DNA of 35,630 bases. It comes from Rhizaria sp. SCN 62-66 (Eukaryota). The notes below the pieces were generated by a model that was given only the letters and a program-made list of their open reading frames with translations, was not told where the DNA came from and searched no databases. Both the position numbers and the translations under genes were made by a program. Location of the stretch: positions 1 to 35,630 of the forward strand of contig MEDY01000316.1 of assembly GCA_001724265.1 (NCBI GenBank), written 5' to 3'. The number at the start of each line of letters is the position of its first letter. Position 1 is the first letter of the stretch. Of this stretch, positions 32,231 through 35,630 are shown piece by piece.

Positions 32231-34543
32231 TTAAAAATCAAGGTCGTCACAGTCGTCGTCACTGCCACTGTCTCTAAAGTTAAGCCTGCGACGCTCCTTG
32301 GCAGCAGCAGCATCCCTGCGCTTCATTTCGGCCTCGTGTAGCGTGCGATAGTACGCCAGTACGCGCGGGTGCGCCCTGACCGCGGACGGATCGAAGCCGA
32401 TGAGGTATAGTCCCTGCAGCGAGCGCACGCGACTCAGCGCGACATACGCCTGACCGTACTCGAAGACGCTGTTGAGCGAGACCACGGCCTGATCGAGCGA
32501 CATGCCCTGTGACTTGTGCACCGACACAGCCCAGGCCAGCTCCAGCGGAACCTGCTCGCGCGTGGCCTCGACTACAGTGCCCAGACGCACGGACCAAGTC
32601 TCGCGGGCAACCAAAATCGTTTTGTTCGCAGAGGGGAAGTACACGATCGGCTCGTCCTGCGTGTTGAAAGCCGTGACTTGGCCGCGCGTGCCGTTGCATA
32701 GACCCTCGGCCACGGACACGTTTTTCATCAGCAGAACCTGAGCGCCAACCTTGAGATCGATTGCCGCGCGCACTGGCGTTGCCTTGTCAAGCAGTTCAGT
32801 GCGGCCCACGTCGCGCGCGCGCATCGTCACCGTATCGCCCGTCAACCGCGCCAACTGGCTCGCGTTCCGCGCGTCCACTTCATGCTTGCGCGTCAGCAGC
32901 CATGTCGCGCTCGCGCCTTCCTCGTAGTCACCCGCTGCATCGTTCGCGCTCCCGCTGTAGCCGCCACGTTTGCGTGCAGCGAGGAGACGACCACCGCGCT
33001 CCATTGCGGGCCGAAGCACGCGCATAACCTCGTCGCCGCAGTCGCCCTCGCGGACGGCGTGAAGCGCATCCGCGAATGTGTCGTCGCGCTGGCGGTACAC
33101 GCGCGCGAGCAGCACCGTGCGTTCGGGCGGGAAACACGCGCCCCACGCAGGCGCCTCGAACGCGAACGCGGACTCGAGCTCCTGGTCGGAGCACGCCATC
33201 TGCGCGCTCGCGCCACCGTCGTGAAACCCGCCGGAGCCGGTGCCGCCGCGGGAGACGGGTGGCAGCTGGAAAAAGTCTCCGCACACGACGAGCTGAATGC
33301 CGCCAAACGGCGCGTTGTTGCCGCGGATTGCGCGCGCCACGGCCTCCAGCAGCGAGAAGAGCTGCGCCGACATCATCGACGCTTCATCGATCACGAGAAC
33401 TTCCGTACGCCGCCAGCGGGCCTCCGTGTCGGGCGTGCGGCGCACGCGCGCGACGGCAGCCGAGATGTAGTCCTTGACCGACACGCCCGGCTCGCGTTGC
33501 GCGGCGCCCAGCCCGGCCCAGTGCAGCAGCGTGGTGCCGCCGATGTGCACCGCGGTGACACCCGTGGTCGAGGTGAAGAAGGCGCGCCGCGCGGGGCCCG
33601 CGCTGCCGCCGCCGCGCGACGGTGGGGGCGTGCCAGCGCTGCTGTTGAGCAGCTTCGCCACGGCCTGTAGCAGGTGCGACTTACCAGTGCCTGCGGAGCC
33701 GGTGAAGTAGACGCTGCTGCCCTCAGCGACGCGGTCGAGCACGAGCTGCTGCTGTGCGCTCAGCGTGTCCGCCGCGGCGTCGCCCAGTACAGCGCGCCAG
33801 TTTAGCGCCGGCCGCGCGCCCGCAGCAAGACCAGACTGCACGGCGGACGACACGGAGCCGGCGCCGAAGCCGTTGCTGGTGCTTGACGACGACGACGCGA
33901 ACATGGCGTTGGAGTTGGGCGAGAGCGATGCTTTGGCAGACGCAGGCCCGCCGGCGCGCTGGGGAGTCACGGGGCCAAACGCGTGATTGTGGCCGAGCCG
34001 CGCGGCGCCGGAGACGGGCGCAAGCGGGGCGCGCGGCGGCAGCTGGACGTTGCCGGAGCCGCGAGTGAGGAAAATCGAGCTCTGTGCGACGCGCGACTTC
34101 TTTGGGTCCCTGGCGTCTTCAATCGCCAAGCGGGCATTGTATACGTTCTCTTTGCGCTCACTTTCCTCGCGCTCGCGTTTGAGGCGGCGGCGCAGCACCT
34201 CGGCGGCTTGCTCGCGGGCCTGGGGCGTCGCACCGGGAGCATACTGGGCCGCAAGCACGGCGAACTCCTTCAGCATGGAGACGTCGAGCTTAGACATGAG
34301 GATCTGGCAGCGCGGGCGCGAACACATTAGTGTCATCATGCCGCTCTCCCAGCGTGCTGTAATGACGCGTGAGAGTCCGCTGGCAAGGGGGATGTGGACT
34401 GGGGTTTTGTTCTTGTGTAGCAGAATGTGCGCCTCGGCCCGCGACTCTGGTGCGACGATCTCAACCTGCGGGGACCGCCAAGACCCGCGCAAGGAGCCTG
34501 TGTTTGAGATGTCTTCAACCAAAATGCTTCCTGTGATCTTCAT
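32231..34543 (-). CDS. PIF1: ATP-dependent 5'-3' DNA helicase PIF1 (SF1B), 770 aa, intronless
   Basis: Walker A FTGSAGTGKS, then IGGTTL.HWAG, IDEASM, PFGGIQLVVCGDFFQLPPV, VYRQ.D..F, LKVGAQVLLMKN, LCNGTRG, QVPLELAWAVSVHKSQGMSLD and FEYGQAYVALSRV. First in-frame ATG at 34543 (MKITGSILVED). Stop is TAA. Confidence 0.96.
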   Translation of the reverse strand: MKITGSILVEDISNTGSLRGSWRSPQVEIVAPESRAEAHILLHKNKTPVHIPLASGLSRVITARWESGMMTLMCSRPRCQILMSKLDVSMLKEFAVLAAQYAPGATPQAREQAAEVLRRRLKREREESERKENVYNARLAIEDARDPKKSRVAQSSIFLTRGSGNVQLPPRAPLAPVSGAARLGHNHAFGPVTPQRAGGPASAKASLSPNSNAMFASSSSSTSNGFGAGSVSSAVQSGLAAGARPALNWRAVLGDAAADTLSAQQQLVLDRVAEGSSVYFTGSAGTGKSHLLQAVAKLLNSSAGTPPPSRGGGSAGPARRAFFTSTTGVTAVHIGGTTLLHWAGLGAAQREPGVSVKDYISAAVARVRRTPDTEARWRRTEVLVIDEASMMSAQLFSLLEAVARAIRGNNAPFGGIQLVVCGDFFQLPPVSRGGTGSGGFHDGGASAQMACSDQELESAFAFEAPAWGACFPPERTVLLARVYRQRDDTFADALHAVREGDCGDEVMRVLRPAMERGGRLLAARKRGGYSGSANDAAGDYEEGASATWLLTRKHEVDARNASQLARLTGDTVTMRARDVGRTELLDKATPVRAAIDLKVGAQVLLMKNVSVAEGLCNGTRGQVTAFNTQDEPIVYFPSANKTILVARETWSVRLGTVVEATREQVPLELAWAVSVHKSQGMSLDQAVVSLNSVFEYGQAYVALSRVRSLQGLYLIGFDPSAVRAHPRVLAYYRTLHEAEMKRRDAAAAKERRRLNFRDSGSDDDCDDLDF

Positions 34544-35630
34544 GTGACGAAGCAAGGGGTCTGCAGAGTTCAGCGAGGGAACAGAAGAAGCAACGGCCAA
34601 CGGTTAGCGGAGTCCTTCATTGGTATGCAGATCTAACATCATAGACACATTGGAGTTTAAATATTATTATAAAATCAAATGTATCAACAAGTTTTAAAAT
34701 CATTTAACGTAATAACATTTTGCTTGACGAACATTATGGTTCGCATAGCTGTTGATTCGGATTGCGCATCACGCAGGTCGCGTGCAACGGCTATCAAAGC
34801 GACCATGTGACTTTAAGCATCAGACCTGACCCGTTATGGCATCACACACTGTCAATGCAAGGAGAAAACATAAAAAATTCCCAAAACATTCATATTAACA
34901 CACTTCCCTTGGCTTGGTGTTGGTTTTATTTCCTGAAACAGGCTAAAACAGCGCACCAAAACTTGTCTCACCGGTAGAGGCTTCCTTGCATGAAGAGAAA
35001 GAGAAGACATGGATGGTCTTGTGCGTTGCTTGTCACGGCGAATCTGAAAAAGGCGGCGTCGAGATCAACCTGGGACATCGCAGTTCGCAATAGAGGCAGT
35101 GTAGAGCAAGTGCAGTGCGATTATGCGGCGCTACACTGAAGAAATACGTTGAGGAGCGCGAGGAATACGTTGTGCTTGTGCGCAGGAACAGCGACATGGC
35201 AAGTGTGATTGCCACCACGCGTCACTGCACACTGTCTTTGCGACTTGCCGCCTGCAAGGTTGATGCAACCTGTAACGAGTGGCGATGTCACTTGCAAGAG
35301 CAGCGGAGAAGCGGACCAGCGAGTCACATGTGTATCATTACGCAGCGTCTTCAGGCAGGCGCGATTTGCGTTCCATCTTTCATGTAGGCGAGTTGTGACG
35401 CAAAAGATGCACTCCTCATTTGGGGGAGACGCAGATAATTGAAACAGAGCGTCAGAGGGCGGTGCAGCTATTGAGCACCATTGCGCGTCGCGCAAAAGAC
35501 TTCGGCTATGTTACGTCGAACGAGGCCGCAAATGATATTTTGAGAACCCCAACGGAAGGGACGGGGCAGGTGGTGTCGAAGAGTGCGCAACTACAATGTG
35601 AGATTGCTAACCATTTGCGCACAAACACGA

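Noticed and set aside
32231-34543. PIF1 as part of a Helitron or other mobile element
   Set aside because: There is no Rep/HUH domain and no terminal structure. The motifs and N-terminal region match cellular PIF1.

Overview
This is eukaryotic nuclear DNA, probably from a protist. Exons are GC-rich and rich in Ala/Gly/Ser, intergenic spacers are short and AT-rich, and introns are AT-rich GT-AG introns of 104-154 nt. I can support eight protein-coding genes: an intronless orphan (+), a ~3460-aa exocyst subunit Sec8/EXOC4 with 4 exons (-), a 2155-aa low-complexity polyQ protein (-), holocytochrome c synthase with 3 exons (+), a JmjC 2-oxoglutarate/Fe(II) oxygenase with a signal-peptide-like N-terminus (+), a PHOSPHO1/2-like HAD phosphatase (+), an ankyrin-repeat protein with 2 exons (-) and a PIF1 helicase (-). 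I see no RNA genes, mobile elements or CRISPR arrays. The most striking signal is in-frame stop codons inside otherwise intact genes: two TAGs in the JmjC gene and one TAA near the start of the orphan. The only gene ending in TAG has a TGA four codons later. This suggests UAG reassignment or readthrough, but pseudogenisation, assembly error or cryptic introns are not excluded. All seven introns I could resolve start with GTAC. Domain assignments come from motif recognition by eye; no searches were run.
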